Positions 30,184-41,529 of a DNA stretch of 59,408 nucleotides are shown here, one piece after another. The notes under the pieces were generated by a model. It saw only the letters and a program-made list of their open reading frames with translations. It made no database searches and was not told where the DNA came from. The stretch covers positions 1,193-60,600 of the forward strand of contig DBTI01000094.1 in assembly GCA_002306975.1 (NCBI GenBank), read 5' to 3'. Within the stretch, counting starts at the first letter, position 1. Each line of letters begins with the position of its first letter. Source of the DNA: Ruminococcaceae bacterium UBA1320 (GTDB lineage Bacteria; Bacillota; Clostridia; Oscillospirales; Ethanoligenentaceae). Both the position numbers and the translations under genes were made by a program.

Positions 30184-31134
30184 CTATTTTACCAAATGCA
30201 AAAGGTGGTCATACCCCTCATGCTCCATTTCTTCTTTTGGAACAAACCGCAAAGAAGCGCTGTTTATGCAATATCTGAGTCCGCCGGATTCCTTTGGGCC
30301 ATCTTCAAACACATGCCCCAAATGGGCATTTCCAACACGGCTTTTCACCTCTGTGCGCAACATTCCGTGAGCTATATCCTCAGTTTCTTTCACAACATTC
30401 GGGTCGATCGGTTTTGAAAAGCTTGGCCATCCGCAACCGGACTCAAATTTATCCGTGGAAGCAAACATCGGTTCTCCCGTTGTAATATCAACATATATGC
30501 CTGATTTAAAAGAGTTGAAGTATTCGTTGTGAAAAGGCGGTTCTGTTGCTCTGTTTTGTGTTACATCAAATTGAATGTCTGACAAAGTATTACGGAGCTT
30601 ATCGCCGGTTTCAGCATGATAATCCGCCGGATTGATTATAGCCGCTCTTGCTTTTTCAAACTTTTCCCTTCCGATATGGCAGTAGCCTCCCGGATTTTTA
30701 TCGAGGTACTTTTGGTGGTATTCTTCCGCGGGGTAAAAATTCTCCAGAGGGGTTACCTCTATGGCAACGGGCTTATCCTGCCGCTTTTGCAAATTTTTAA
30801 CCGAACGTTCTATTATTGGTTTGTCAGCGTCATCAATATAATATATACCTGTGCGGTACTGCGTGCCGGTGTCTCCGCCCTGCCGGTTTATTGAGGTAGG
30901 ATTTATCGCTTCATAATACAATCCCAATAAAAACTCAAGGGGCAATATGTTCGGGTCATACACAACCCGCACTGTTTCCGCATGCCCGGTATCGCTGCTG
31001 CAAACTTCTTCATAGGTTGGATCTTGGGTTTTCCCATTGGCATAGCCAACCTCGGTTGAAAGAACACCGCGAATGGACGCGATGTATTTTTCTGTTCCCC
31101 AAAAGCAACCGCCTGCCAAATAAATCTCAGACAT
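30184..31134 (-). CDS. msrAB: Bifunctional methionine sulfoxide reductase MsrA/MsrB
   Basis: GGCFWG (MsrA); SGCGWPSF and RYCINS (MsrB). Confidence 0.95.
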   Translation of the reverse strand: MSEIYLAGGCFWGTEKYIASIRGVLSTEVGYANGKTQDPTYEEVCSSDTGHAETVRVVYDPNILPLEFLLGLYYEAINPTSINRQGGDTGTQYRTGIYYIDDADKPIIERSVKNLQKRQDKPVAIEVTPLENFYPAEEYHQKYLDKNPGGYCHIGREKFEKARAAIINPADYHAETGDKLRNTLSDIQFDVTQNRATEPPFHNEYFNSFKSGIYVDITTGEPMFASTDKFESGCGWPSFSKPIDPNVVKETEDIAHGMLRTEVKSRVGNAHLGHVFEDGPKESGGLRYCINSASLRFVPKEEMEHEGYDHLLHLVK

Positions 31135-31321
31135 ACAATATCATTCCTGTTCCGCTATTTACTATAGCAATTTAATTTTTTAAAGAGGAGACACATTAAA
31201 CATTTCCGCTTTATTTGTTATGCTAGCTATAATTAAGATATTACTTAATGTCAGCAATATGCATTATGCTATTCGATTAAATTTCAAGAAGAATAGAAGG
31301 AACAGCAGAAAAATTGTATAT

Positions 31322-33931
31322 CTAAATTATTCCGTTCTTTTTTGCTTCATCAATTGCCGCAATTCGGGATGATACACCAAGCTTGCCGTAAATATTCATG
31401 ATATGCGTTTTAACGGTAGCAAGGGATATACACAAGTTAGAGGCAATTTCGGGGTTCGTAAGACCTTTTGAAAGTTCGCTTAAAACTTCAAGCTCACGCG
31501 CGCTCAACAATTCCTTTGAATTTAACTGATTTTTTCCCGAGCAAATCTTTATAACGTCAAAAACAAACTGCCGCTCTCCCCTATTGAGATTTTCGGTATC
31601 TGATTTTAAAAGTTGCTCGAGAAATGGGCAAAGGACATCCTTTTCTAAAAAGAATGGCTGGATTATGCGGTTTTCCCATGCGTAGTAAACCGCTTCTTTT
31701 AGCAAATTGCCGATAACTCTTTTCTGATCTTTATTATCGCCGGCCAGCATCCTGATTTTAAGCAAATCGGCTTCTATCAGGCGAAGATAATTTTTATTTT
31801 CACGAGAAAATGAAAGGATGCTTTCGACTATCGCCTTTGCCTCTTCTTCACTGCCGTTCTTCCACATTACACGGGCATAGAAAAGCTGGGAGGTAAGCGA
31901 TGAGTTTTTGATACCGACAAGCGCTATCTCTTCAATAAAACTGTTGCAAAGATCTTCAGGAAGCAGATTCTGTGAAAGCAAACCGTAAAGCAGACGGTCA
32001 AGCTGCTTATAATTTTTCGAAAAATAGCCATGTGCTATCTTCGCTACTATTTCCACACCCTTTTTAGGGTCTCCGAATAAAAATTCTTTTTCGGCAAGGT
32101 GATATTCATAACCAAGCTCAATCATAGCCGTAGGCATTTTGCATCTTTTTAAAATTTTATCAACTGTTTCCAAAGCTTTTTTTGAATTTTCCTCGTCCAT
32201 GCGTTTATGGTACACGCCTGTTATACCAATGAAATAATTATATCCGAGCGCATCCATGATGGACGAGGATGTGATAAAATCATTCATTTGACGATAGATA
32301 TTGAGGCTTTCATTTAGCCTTCCGGTTTCCTCCAAAATCTGCGCTTTTGTAGACAAAGAATAAAAATAGACAAAAACGTTCGATTTTCCGCCTGCTTCTA
32401 GAGCTTTATCTGTGGATAATCTTGCCCCTTCATAATCTTTTTGTTCCAGGAGTATGTTGGCGTTTTCAAAAAGAATCAATGATTTTGTTACAGGGCTCAA
32501 GCTATAATTTTCAATATCTGAAAATGAAACAGGCAAAGGTGTAATAAATGTTTGTGAATTATTAACGATTAATTCACAAACATATTGCAGACCGCTTTTA
32601 AATCCTTCAAATTCGTCGCGTTCTTCCAGCGCCTTGTATATTTCACTGACACGGGTTATATTGATTCTTCCGAAGTTATACATAAGGCACTGCAGCGACA
32701 GGTTAACATCTGTTAAAAGATAACTGAGCGGCAATTTGTCGATCAGGGTCCATGTTTCCACGGATTCATCCATAGTAATCAAAAGCCGCATAACCTCGCT
32801 GTAATCTTCCACTTTAAATAAATGATAAAGCGCTTCTTCTTTATCGCCATGCGCTTCGAGTATTTTTGCGGCATTCTTTCTGTAATGAATTTGATCCTGT
32901 TTTGGCAGGCATGAGAATTGCTGCTTTAAATATTCGCCCAATATATTATGGTAGCGATAAATACCATTTTCCTCATCTATACAGATAATAAAAAGATTTT
33001 TGGTTGTAAGCCGTTCGATCATACTTTTAAAATCCATGTCACCGATTATATGGAGGCAGATATCTTCATCAAAATAAGACAGCACTCCTGTGACTGTAAG
33101 AAAAAGACGCTCATCTTCTGTCAGCATCTTAAATATTTCGCGTGTCAGATAATCAGCCGCAATACCGCTGCCTGCCGCTTGAAGCAATCCTTTTTTTGCC
33201 CCGCCTGCCGCCGCCACAAGCTGTAGGCCGCCGATCCAGCCTTCAGCGAAATCGTTCATCAAGAGCAGTTCTTCGTCATTTACCTTGAGTTTTAGCGTGT
33301 CTTTTAAAAAGCGCATGCCCTCGTCACAGGTAAACCTCAGCATATCACCGTCAATAAAAAGCAGCTTGCCGGAAACTGCAAGTTCACCCAAATATAGTTT
33401 GGGATCTTCCCGCGAAATCATAAAAATATGCAGGTTTTCCGGCATCGACTTTATAAAATACTCAATCGAGCCCACAAGGGTTTCGTCGGTAATACAGTGC
33501 ATATCATCAAGAACCATGTAATAATCTTTATCACTGCAAAGGTGGTTAATCATCATAGTAAGCAGATTTTGGATTTGTGAGGTTTCAAAATTCGAACGCA
33601 GAAGCGTAAGGATATTCTCAAATTCGTCTCCAAGAAAATTTTCCGCGGCGGCGGCAAAGTAGTGCCAAAATGAAAAAACATTGTTGTTTGTTTCATCCAG
33701 CGTAAGCCATGCGGTATTGTATGGGCCTGTCTCTTTAATAAACGAGGAGATCAGCGTCGTTTTGCCCATTCCGGCCGCGCCTTTTACATAGATAATCTTC
33801 ATAAGCGGGCAGCGGCTGAGCACCGAAAACAGCTCGCTGCGGATAATATACTCCCGTCGCGGCGCGGGCATTTTCAGTTTTGTCGACAGGAGCACCAGAT
33901 CAGATAAACCAACATGTTTCATAATTACCAT
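31322..33931 (-). CDS. MalT-like large ATP-binding LuxR regulator
   Basis: STKLKMP, Walker A GAAGMGKTT, GWIGGLQL, YRYHNIL, C-terminal LuxR HTH. Confidence 0.92.
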   Translation of the reverse strand: MVIMKHVGLSDLVLLSTKLKMPAPRREYIIRSELFSVLSRCPLMKIIYVKGAAGMGKTTLISSFIKETGPYNTAWLTLDETNNNVFSFWHYFAAAAENFLGDEFENILTLLRSNFETSQIQNLLTMMINHLCSDKDYYMVLDDMHCITDETLVGSIEYFIKSMPENLHIFMISREDPKLYLGELAVSGKLLFIDGDMLRFTCDEGMRFLKDTLKLKVNDEELLLMNDFAEGWIGGLQLVAAAGGAKKGLLQAAGSGIAADYLTREIFKMLTEDERLFLTVTGVLSYFDEDICLHIIGDMDFKSMIERLTTKNLFIICIDEENGIYRYHNILGEYLKQQFSCLPKQDQIHYRKNAAKILEAHGDKEEALYHLFKVEDYSEVMRLLITMDESVETWTLIDKLPLSYLLTDVNLSLQCLMYNFGRINITRVSEIYKALEERDEFEGFKSGLQYVCELIVNNSQTFITPLPVSFSDIENYSLSPVTKSLILFENANILLEQKDYEGARLSTDKALEAGGKSNVFVYFYSLSTKAQILEETGRLNESLNIYRQMNDFITSSSIMDALGYNYFIGITGVYHKRMDEENSKKALETVDKILKRCKMPTAMIELGYEYHLAEKEFLFGDPKKGVEIVAKIAHGYFSKNYKQLDRLLYGLLSQNLLPEDLCNSFIEEIALVGIKNSSLTSQLFYARVMWKNGSEEEAKAIVESILSFSRENKNYLRLIEADLLKIRMLAGDNKDQKRVIGNLLKEAVYYAWENRIIQPFFLEKDVLCPFLEQLLKSDTENLNRGERQFVFDVIKICSGKNQLNSKELLSARELEVLSELSKGLTNPEIASNLCISLATVKTHIMNIYGKLGVSSRIAAIDEAKKNGII

Positions 33932-33992
33932 CCAAAACCTTGCGTAAAAATATTTTATATCAATTCTATCTTTAAAAAGGAAAACAAGGGGA

Positions 33993-34025
33993 TGTTTCTC
34001 CCCCGCCTCCGGCGGAGAAGAAACA
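33993..34025. repeat. REP-like palindrome copy D
   Basis: TGTTTCTCCCCCGCC-TCC-GGCGGAGAAGAAACA. Confidence 0.75.
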
Positions 34026-34095
34026 AAAACGATTTTTCTTCGTTTATTAATTGCTATAATATGATTTTATGCTTAATGAAAACTGTTTGCAAGCA

Positions 34096-35061
34096 TCAGA
34101 TTTTTTTAACATATTTCCGCGTCAAAATAACGCAGGACACCGCAAATAGCGCTGCGGAGAAAACAATGATATATAGTAATGGCGCTATGTGAGCAAATGC
34201 GTCACCGTTTTGCAGGTAATGAGCAAAGTCAAGCAGCTGCTTTTGCGGCAGAACCTTGACGACATTGTCAAGAACGGCATTGCCTTTGCTGAATGAATAA
34301 AAGCTTCCCGCCAGCACCGAGCTTAACACTAATATGCTGTTGCCAAGCATGTTGGCGTTGTCCGGTTTTTTTATCAATGTGTGAAGCAGCAAAGCTAATG
34401 ATATACCAAAGAATCCAATCACTGCGTACAACAGCGCATACTGCAAAAGCGAAAAACCGATATCGAACCCCAGAAGTTTCATGATGACAAGCATCAAATA
34501 TTCGGGCAGGAACATTGAGAGGCAGTAAATGCAGTGAGCAGCGAGATAACCGGAAAAGCGGATAGGCGACGACGCTATGCGGGCAAGCTGATTTTGCTCT
34601 TTATCGTCAGCAAAGGTGAAAAGATTCATGAATGTCGACATCAATAAAAACATCATCATAAAGCCTATGATGTTCTCACCGACGCCTCTGTCAGTATTCT
34701 GCAGTTTTACTGGTACATTGGGATTCTTGAGTAATCCCTCAATCATTTTTTTATAATCTTCGCTTTTAAGGGTTTTGATATCATATCTGCCGTTGCCGTT
34801 ATCAATAACAAATGCGTCATACTGCTGCTTTACAAGGCTGGAGTATGGCGGTTCTTTTGTCATGGTGACAACGCTCAGGTATTTTGAGCTAACGGTAGTT
34901 GGCGAAGTTTGACTTACATAAACAATATGACCCTTCACCTGCTGTGTGCCGGTTATATAAATGGCCAGTATGATTGAAACAAGCGTTATCACCGTCATAA
35001 TCAGCACGGCAGGCAGGCGCTGAAGCATCCGGCAGTAATTGTTTTTTAAAACACTCAGCAT
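34096..35061 (-). CDS. ABC-2 type exporter permease
   Basis: TM, extracellular loop, then multiple TMs; in operon with ATPase. Confidence 0.88.
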   Translation of the reverse strand: MLSVLKNNYCRMLQRLPAVLIMTVITLVSIILAIYITGTQQVKGHIVYVSQTSPTTVSSKYLSVVTMTKEPPYSSLVKQQYDAFVIDNGNGRYDIKTLKSEDYKKMIEGLLKNPNVPVKLQNTDRGVGENIIGFMMMFLLMSTFMNLFTFADDKEQNQLARIASSPIRFSGYLAAHCIYCLSMFLPEYLMLVIMKLLGFDIGFSLLQYALLYAVIGFFGISLALLLHTLIKKPDNANMLGNSILVLSSVLAGSFYSFSKGNAVLDNVVKVLPQKQLLDFAHYLQNGDAFAHIAPLLYIIVFSAALFAVSCVILTRKYVKKI

Positions 35062-35819
35062 AAATAGTCCTCCGTTTTAAAGAGCTTTGAACAGCCAAAC
35101 ACAAGCACAGCGGATACCACAACGCTGCCTGCAAACAAAGGCAAAACCAACGAGATATCAGCGTCATAAATGATCGAGAAGAAAGTGTCATTCATCCATT
35201 TGACAGGAGAGAGCCTTGACGCAAATGCGAGTACGCCGCCCATACCGTCAAAGGAAAAGAAAGTGCCGCCCAGAAAAGCAAGAATGCTGATCGCGTTGCT
35301 GAGCAGCGTGCTTGCCGCTTCCTCTGTTTTAAATATACAGCAGAAAAACACACCAAGGGCACTGGCGGCAAACTCTATAGGCGCCATGAGCAAAATGATA
35401 TATCCGATATTTGCACCGCCGAAATTCAAATAGAGCGACAGTGTGAGTATCAAAATCACCAAAAGATGACAGATATAGTCGAACAAAAAAGACGATACAA
35501 TTTTTGAAAAATATATGGGAAAGCTGCCGACCGGCGAATGGATGATTCGTAGATTCGGCTTTTTTATATCACGTTCCATAAAACAGTTTGTTGACGTCAT
35601 CGCGCCGCTGAGCATGCAATAAATCAAAAAGCTTACAGCGTAATAATTATAAGCGTCAGTCGGGTTGGCATAAGCGCCGCTAGTCAAAAAGCCCATAATG
35701 AGTGTAAGTAATATTGAGAAAACGGTGTTGTATCCGACGAGAACCGGATTTCTTATCAGGTTTTTAAAATCCATTTTAAAAATTTCTATAAAGCCTCGCA
35801 TTGCTGACCCTCCTTTCAA
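35055..35819 (-). CDS. ABC-2 type exporter permease
   Basis: Six hydrophobic segments, FLGGTFF; probable start 35801. Confidence 0.88.
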   Translation of the reverse strand: MKGGSAMRGFIEIFKMDFKNLIRNPVLVGYNTVFSILLTLIMGFLTSGAYANPTDAYNYYAVSFLIYCMLSGAMTSTNCFMERDIKKPNLRIIHSPVGSFPIYFSKIVSSFLFDYICHLLVILILTLSLYLNFGGANIGYIILLMAPIEFAASALGVFFCCIFKTEEAASTLLSNAISILAFLGGTFFSFDGMGGVLAFASRLSPVKWMNDTFFSIIYDADISLVLPLFAGSVVVSAVLVFGCSKLFKTEDYLC

Positions 35820-36763
35820 TCCCGCAGTTTGCGGCCCGTAAGCTTGAGGAAAACAGTTTCAAGGCTTGCGGTTTCGCTTGATATATTGCGGATTTTTATG
35901 TCTTTATCAGAGAGAAGCGCTATTATGCGGTCAAGATTTTCGATGCCTTTAAGGGATATGATTTGAATCTGTTTGTCTTTTATGGCAGCGTTCTTTACCC
36001 CTTCAACGCTGTAAAAATCATTTGCGTTGAGCGACATTGTATCTTCAACTTCGATAAAATATCTCTTCTCATTCTGAAATTCCTCTTTCAGCGATTCGTT
36101 TGTGCCCTCGGCAATGATTGAACCGTGATCCATAATAATGATTCGCGTGGAAATCGCCTCAACCTCTTCCATATAGTGGGTGGTATAAAGGATTGTCATG
36201 CCGTTTTCCCGAAGACGTTTTATTGAATCGAGAATATGATTGCGCGACTGAGGGTCTATGCCCACCGTAGGCTCATCCATAATAACAATATCCGGTGAAT
36301 GTGCTATCGCACAGGCAATGTTAAGCCGGCGCTTCATGCCGCCTGAAAATGTTTTGACCTTGTCGTGCCTTTTGTCGGCAAGCTCCGCAAATTCCAATGC
36401 TTTGTCAACCGCTGCGTCAAGCTCTTTGCCATGCAGTCCGTAAAGAGAGGTGAAAAAACGTACATTGCGCTCCGCCGAAAGTTCCTCATACAACGCGATA
36501 TCCTGCGGAACAACACCGAGCTGTTTTTTATAGCCGTGCAGACGGCCGCCTATTTTTTCACCCTTGTAGAGCACTTCGCCGCCGTCGCTTTGAAGCGCCG
36601 CCGTTAAAATGTTGATGGTCGTGCTTTTGCCCGCGCCGTTTGGCCCGAGGAAGCAAAGAATTTCACCTTGATTTACTTCAAAGTCAATGCTTTTAAGCAC
36701 CTTGTTTTCTTTAAAGCTTTTTGAAAGATTTCTGACTGTTAAAATATTTTCCATATAAATCAT
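35816..36763 (-). CDS. ABC exporter ATP-binding protein
   Basis: [26 protein letters not shown]. Confidence 0.95.
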   Translation of the reverse strand: MIYMENILTVRNLSKSFKENKVLKSIDFEVNQGEILCFLGPNGAGKSTTINILTAALQSDGGEVLYKGEKIGGRLHGYKKQLGVVPQDIALYEELSAERNVRFFTSLYGLHGKELDAAVDKALEFAELADKRHDKVKTFSGGMKRRLNIACAIAHSPDIVIMDEPTVGIDPQSRNHILDSIKRLRENGMTILYTTHYMEEVEAISTRIIIMDHGSIIAEGTNESLKEEFQNEKRYFIEVEDTMSLNANDFYSVEGVKNAAIKDKQIQIISLKGIENLDRIIALLSDKDIKIRNISSETASLETVFLKLTGRKLRD

Positions 36764-36799
36764 CTCCTGAAAATATAATAAAGCATTAGGGATAAAAAG

Positions 36800-36854
36800 A
36801 AATCAACCGTCCGGTTGATTCGGACGGTTGATTTTTTTAACCCATCAGGTTGAT
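36800..36854. promoter_or_regulatory. Iterated ATCAACC/GGTTGAT boxes; candidate LuxR-type operator and/or terminator
   Basis: AAATCAACCGTCCGGTTGATTCGGACGGTTGATTT..AACCCATCAGGTTGAT upstream of the ABC operon. Confidence 0.5.
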
Positions 36855-36891
36855 CTTTATCGCAAATTCAAATAAAAACCGGAAAGCAGAA

Positions 36892-36926
36892 TGTTATCTC
36901 CCCCGCCGGAGGCGGGGGAGATAACA
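36892..36926. repeat. REP-like palindrome copy E
   Basis: TGTTATCTCCCCCGCC-GGA-GGCGGGGGAGATAACA. Confidence 0.85.
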
Positions 36927-36952
36927 AAAGCACGCTACACTTCTCTGTAATC

Positions 36953-37390
36953 TCATTCGGCAAACATTTCCTCGGCAATATCCACAGCGTCTGCGATAAC
37001 CCTTGAGCAAACGGTTTTGTCATGCCCGTTTCTAATGGCTTCCTGCATTTCATCAATACCGTTTGCCTTTAACCCGAGCAGCTCCCTGCAAAGGATTGTT
37101 CCGTTTTTATCACTGAACTTTTTGATGAACTCGACAGTCTTATCGCTGACAAAGCGCTTGCCCTCAACATCGTTTTCAGCGCTGCTGCCATATTTCATGC
37201 CTATCGCCATCAAAGCCCCTGTTACCGCTCCGCAGACCTCTCCGCTTTTCATTCCTCCGCCAAAGCATGACGCTACCTTTAACGCTTCATCCTTGTCTAT
37301 GCCGACTTCTTCGGCGAACGCGGCGAAGACCGACTGCGCGCAATTGAAGCTTTTATCAAAGCAGCCCAGCGCCATTTGTTTCTTATCCAT
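36953..37390 (-). CDS. C_GCAxxG_C_C family putative redox protein
   Basis: FNCAQSV, FGGG, VCGAVTG, LCRELL, VC; ATG 37390 after AGGAGG. Confidence 0.9.
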   Translation of the reverse strand: MDKKQMALGCFDKSFNCAQSVFAAFAEEVGIDKDEALKVASCFGGGMKSGEVCGAVTGALMAIGMKYGSSAENDVEGKRFVSDKTVEFIKKFSDKNGTILCRELLGLKANGIDEMQEAIRNGHDKTVCSRVIADAVDIAEEMFAE

Positions 37391-37550
37391 GATGATCCTC
37401 CTTTTTTGTCCGATTAACATTACTTGTATTTTACGCTATTCTGTATTAATTTTCAATCTGTAACGATCCTCTTCTATACCCTTGGTTGTTTATATTGCCG
37501 CAAAATGGTATAATGCGAATGGAAAAATACCGAAATGAGAGGCTCTATTT

Positions 37551-39764
37551 ATGGGAAAAATATTGGTTCTGGCTGAAAAGCCGTCAGTAGGAAGAGAACT
37601 CGCGAGGGTGCTCGGCTGCAGACAAAGCCGTGATGGTTACCTTGAGGGCAGCGACTATATCGTAACATGGGCGCTCGGTCACCTTGTAACTCTCGCCGAT
37701 CCGGAGTTTTACGGAGATAAATATAAAAAGTGGGATCTTGAAACGCTGCCGATGCTGCCGGCAAAGCTCGAAACAGTTGTGATAAAAGAAACCACGCGTC
37801 AATACGTTGCGGTCAAAAACCTTCTGCGGAACCCTACGGTTTCGGAGCTTGTTATCGCTACCGACGCGGGACGCGAGGGTGAGCTTGTCGCACGTTGGAT
37901 TATCGAAAAAGTTGGCTTTAAAAAACCGGTTAAACGGCTTTGGATATCTTCGCAGACCGACAGGGCGATTAAAGAAGGCTTTAAAAACCTGCGCCCCGCC
38001 GTGGAATATGACAACCTCTATCACTCGGCGCTTTGCCGGGCGCATGCCGACTGGCTTGTGGGCATGAATGTTACACGCGCGCTCACCTGCAAATATAACG
38101 CGCAGCTTTCCGCCGGGCGTGTTCAAACGCCTACGCTCGCCATGATTGTCGCGCGCGAGGATGAGATTCGCAATTTTTCAGCACGTGAGTTTTACACCGT
38201 GTCGGCGAGACTTTCGGCTTTTGATATGTTTTGGAAGGACAAAAAGTCAATGCAGGGGCGCACCTTTGATAAATCAAGGGCTGACGATGCGGTACAGAAA
38301 ACATCCGGCGGCGAAATGAAGATTACAGAAGTTCGCCGCGAAAAAAAGCGGGAAAGTGCTCCGCTTTTATACGACCTTACGGAACTTCAGCGAGACGCGA
38401 ACCGGCACTATGGTTTTTCGGCAAAGCAGACGCTGAACATCATGCAGCGGCTTTACGAAGTCTACAAACTGCTGACCTATCCCCGAACCGATTCTCGCTA
38501 CCTTACGGCTGACATAGTGCCAACGCTGCCCGAGCGGCTCCGCAGTATCGACATCGGTCCTTACAGCGCATTTGCAAAAGCGGCGCTGCAAAGGGGCGTT
38601 CACGCTTCAAGGCATTTTGTCGATGACGCCAAGGTCAGCGACCACCACGCCATAATTCCGACAGAGCAATTTGTAGAGCTTGACCGGCTTGGCTCGGACG
38701 AACGCCGCGTTTATGACCTCGTTGTCAGGCGGTTCCTCGCTGTGTTAAGCCCCGACTTTGAATACGAGCAGGTTACCGTTTCGGCTCAGTGCGGCGGCGA
38801 GCTTTTCACCGCGCGCGGCAGAATTGTCGCCGCAAAAGGGTGGAAAGCCGTTTATGGTGTGAGTAGTGATGATGATGAAACCGCCGACGATGAAAAAGAG
38901 CAAGCCCTGCCCGACGTTAAAAACGGACAGACATTTAAGGTAGAGCAGGTGAAAATCGGCACAGGCAAAACAAAGCCGCCCGCCCGCTATAACGAGGCGA
39001 CACTGCTGACTGCGATGGAGCACCCGGGCAAATTCATTGAAAACAACGCCCTGCGCTCGGTTATGGACGCGTCAAACGGCATTGGCACACCGGCGACACG
39101 CGCCGACATTATCGAAAAGCTCTTCTCGGTAAATTATGTTGAGCGGCGGGGAAAAGACATTGTGCCGCTGAGCAAGGGCATTCAGCTTATCGGGCTTGTT
39201 CCCGAGGATCTGCGTTCGCCCGAACTGACGGCAAACTGGGAACAAAAACTGACGATGATCAGCCGCGGCGCCTTGCAGCAAAAGGCGTTTACCGACGAGA
39301 TAAGACGCTATGCAACACTGCTTGTCGGCAGCGTTATTGCAAGCGACGCAAGCTACACGCACGACAATATGACGCGCACACCCTGCCCTCAGTGCGGAAA
39401 ATTCATGCTCGAAATCAACGGCAAGCGCGGCAAAATGCTCGCCTGCCCCGACCGTGAATGCGGCTATCACCAAAATCTTTCTTTTACCAGCAACGCGCGC
39501 TGCCCTAACTGCCACAAAAAGCTTGAGGTATTCGGCGATGGGGAAAAGAAGATTTACACCTGCCACACCTGTGGATTCCGCGAAAAATTCGACTCCTTTA
39601 ACAAGCGCCTTTCTGAAAAACACGACGGCGCTTCTAAAATTGAAATAAACAAGTACCTTAACTCAAAACAAAACCAGCCGCCCGCCGCGTCGGCTTTTGC
39701 ACAGGCGTGGGCATTGGCGAATGGCGGTGAAAGCCCCGACAGCGATAAAAAAGGTCGAAAATAA
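37551..39764 (+). CDS. topB: DNA topoisomerase III
   Basis: LAEKPS, ATDAGREGE, SAGRVQTP, TYPRTD catalytic Tyr, C-terminal Zn ribbons. Confidence 0.95.
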   Translation: MGKILVLAEKPSVGRELARVLGCRQSRDGYLEGSDYIVTWALGHLVTLADPEFYGDKYKKWDLETLPMLPAKLETVVIKETTRQYVAVKNLLRNPTVSELVIATDAGREGELVARWIIEKVGFKKPVKRLWISSQTDRAIKEGFKNLRPAVEYDNLYHSALCRAHADWLVGMNVTRALTCKYNAQLSAGRVQTPTLAMIVAREDEIRNFSAREFYTVSARLSAFDMFWKDKKSMQGRTFDKSRADDAVQKTSGGEMKITEVRREKKRESAPLLYDLTELQRDANRHYGFSAKQTLNIMQRLYEVYKLLTYPRTDSRYLTADIVPTLPERLRSIDIGPYSAFAKAALQRGVHASRHFVDDAKVSDHHAIIPTEQFVELDRLGSDERRVYDLVVRRFLAVLSPDFEYEQVTVSAQCGGELFTARGRIVAAKGWKAVYGVSSDDDETADDEKEQALPDVKNGQTFKVEQVKIGTGKTKPPARYNEATLLTAMEHPGKFIENNALRSVMDASNGIGTPATRADIIEKLFSVNYVERRGKDIVPLSKGIQLIGLVPEDLRSPELTANWEQKLTMISRGALQQKAFTDEIRRYATLLVGSVIASDASYTHDNMTRTPCPQCGKFMLEINGKRGKMLACPDRECGYHQNLSFTSNARCPNCHKKLEVFGDGEKKIYTCHTCGFREKFDSFNKRLSEKHDGASKIEINKYLNSKQNQPPAASAFAQAWALANGGESPDSDKKGRK

Positions 39765-39993
39765 TTTTATGGAATTTTCTTTTGAAAGAGAAGATTTTGT
39801 ATTTTTTATCTTTAACAATCAAATTGATACAGACATAACTATTAACGACCGGTACGCAATAATATGCGCACCGGTCGCTTTTTTACCATTATCTATGAAT
39901 TGATTACTGACCGTTCTACATGCTATGATAGTATTAGTCAAAACATCCATCGCACCTGGATAATATTTTGTACAAAATGCATAGGAGGACTTC

Positions 39994-41478
39994 ATGAAAT
40001 CAGTAATTCACCACAGCCGCAAAATTATTGTTTTTAGTGTGATTCTTACCTTATCCATTCTTATGTCTTTGTCGGCTTTTAACTTCAAAAAGCCTGCGAA
40101 CAGCGGTTCTCCTCAAAACAGCAGTACATATTTAGCCACCACGGCAGCAGGAAAAGCGGCTCTTAAAAACGCTGCCACAATTGCTGAACAGGCAAAGAAA
40201 ACTGGACAGAGTAAAAAAACAGTGATTTCCTCTAAGCCCTCTTCCTCAATAACAGCTTCTTCAAAGCCTTCCTCATCGAGCAACCCGGCGGCAAATGTTG
40301 CTTCCCCGACAGTAACTGCCTCAGCATTATCCAAAACCAGTTCATCGTCTGTTACGTCTTAAGCAGCAAAGACATCATCTGTGACCGCACCGGCAACTCT
40401 GACCTCACCCGCGTTCACTCATCCCTCAAAATACCTGATCGGTTATTACGGCGGCTGGGCGGCTTATAGCGGGGATACGCCCGACAAGATAAACGCTTCC
40501 AATATCAACGTTATAAATTACGCTTTTGCGAAGATAGCTTCAGATTTAAAAATTGCAGTGGGCGACTCGGCGGTTGATTATACGAATTTTACAAAGCTAA
40601 AATCACTTAAAAGCAAATACATAGGGCTTAAAACGGTAATTTCCGTCGGCGGATGGGAAGACTCGGGCAGATTTTCAGACGCAGCACTGACCGAAACCTC
40701 ACGCACGGTTTTTGCCGACAGCGTTGTCAGCTTTTTAAAGACAAATGGATTTGACGGGGTTGATATCGACTGGGAATACCCCACAGGCTACGGTCTTTCC
40801 ACAAATGTCGTAAGATCGGCTGACAAACAGAATTTCGGCTTGTTATTAAAAGCACTGCGTTCAAGGCTTGACGCGCAGGGCGCAAAGGACGGCAAGCACT
40901 ATATCCTCTCTTTTGCGGGGGCGGCAAACAATACTTTTGCCGGCGGCGTAGGGCTTTCTTCAATCGCAAACTATGTTGATTACGGTTTCATAATGACCTA
41001 TGACCTGCATGGCAGATGGGATACCTACACCGACTTAAACGCGCCGCTTTATTTTCCTTCCGGCACATCGCCGCAGTATAAAACAAGCGTTGACGCATCG
41101 GTTCGCATGTGGCTTTCAAACGGATTCCCGGCAAATAAAATCGTCATGGGCGTGCCGTTTTACGGGTTTGCCTACAGCGGCGTTACAGCCGCGAACGGCG
41201 GATTGTGGCAGCATTACTTAACCTGTGTTTCCGTTGGATTCGACAAGATCATGTCAAACTACCTTTCAAACCCGGCGTTCAAAAAAAGCTACAGTTCGTC
41301 GGCTATGGTGCCCTATCTCTTTAACGGCTCAACGTTTGTAACCTATGATGACGAGAACTCAATCGCGCAAAAAACAAGATACGCCATGTCAAAAGACCTT
41401 TTCGGCGTGGGCGCGTGGGATTTGAGCTATGACCGCTCAAGCAGGCTTGTTAACTCTATAAAAAGCAATCTTTACTAA
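39994..41478 (+). pseudogene. Secreted GH18 chitinase-like gene interrupted by an in-frame TAA (40360-40362)
   Basis: ORFs 39994-40362 (signal/anchor plus Ser/Thr linker) and 40381-41478 (SVGGW, FDGVDIDWEYP) share one frame; no RBS seen before GTG 40381. Confidence 0.8.
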
Positions 41479-41517
41479 AATGTTGTCTCCCCCGCAGTAG
41501 GCGGGGGAGACAACATT
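41479..41517. repeat. REP-like palindrome copy F
   Basis: AATGTTGTCTCCCCCGC-AGTAG-GCGGGGGAGACAACATT between convergent genes. Confidence 0.85.
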
Positions 41518-41529
41518 ATTCCGCATTAA

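Noticed and set aside
37551-39764. topB as a marker of a conjugative element
   Set aside because: Resembles the chromosomal Firmicutes type; no relaxase, T4SS or integrase nearby
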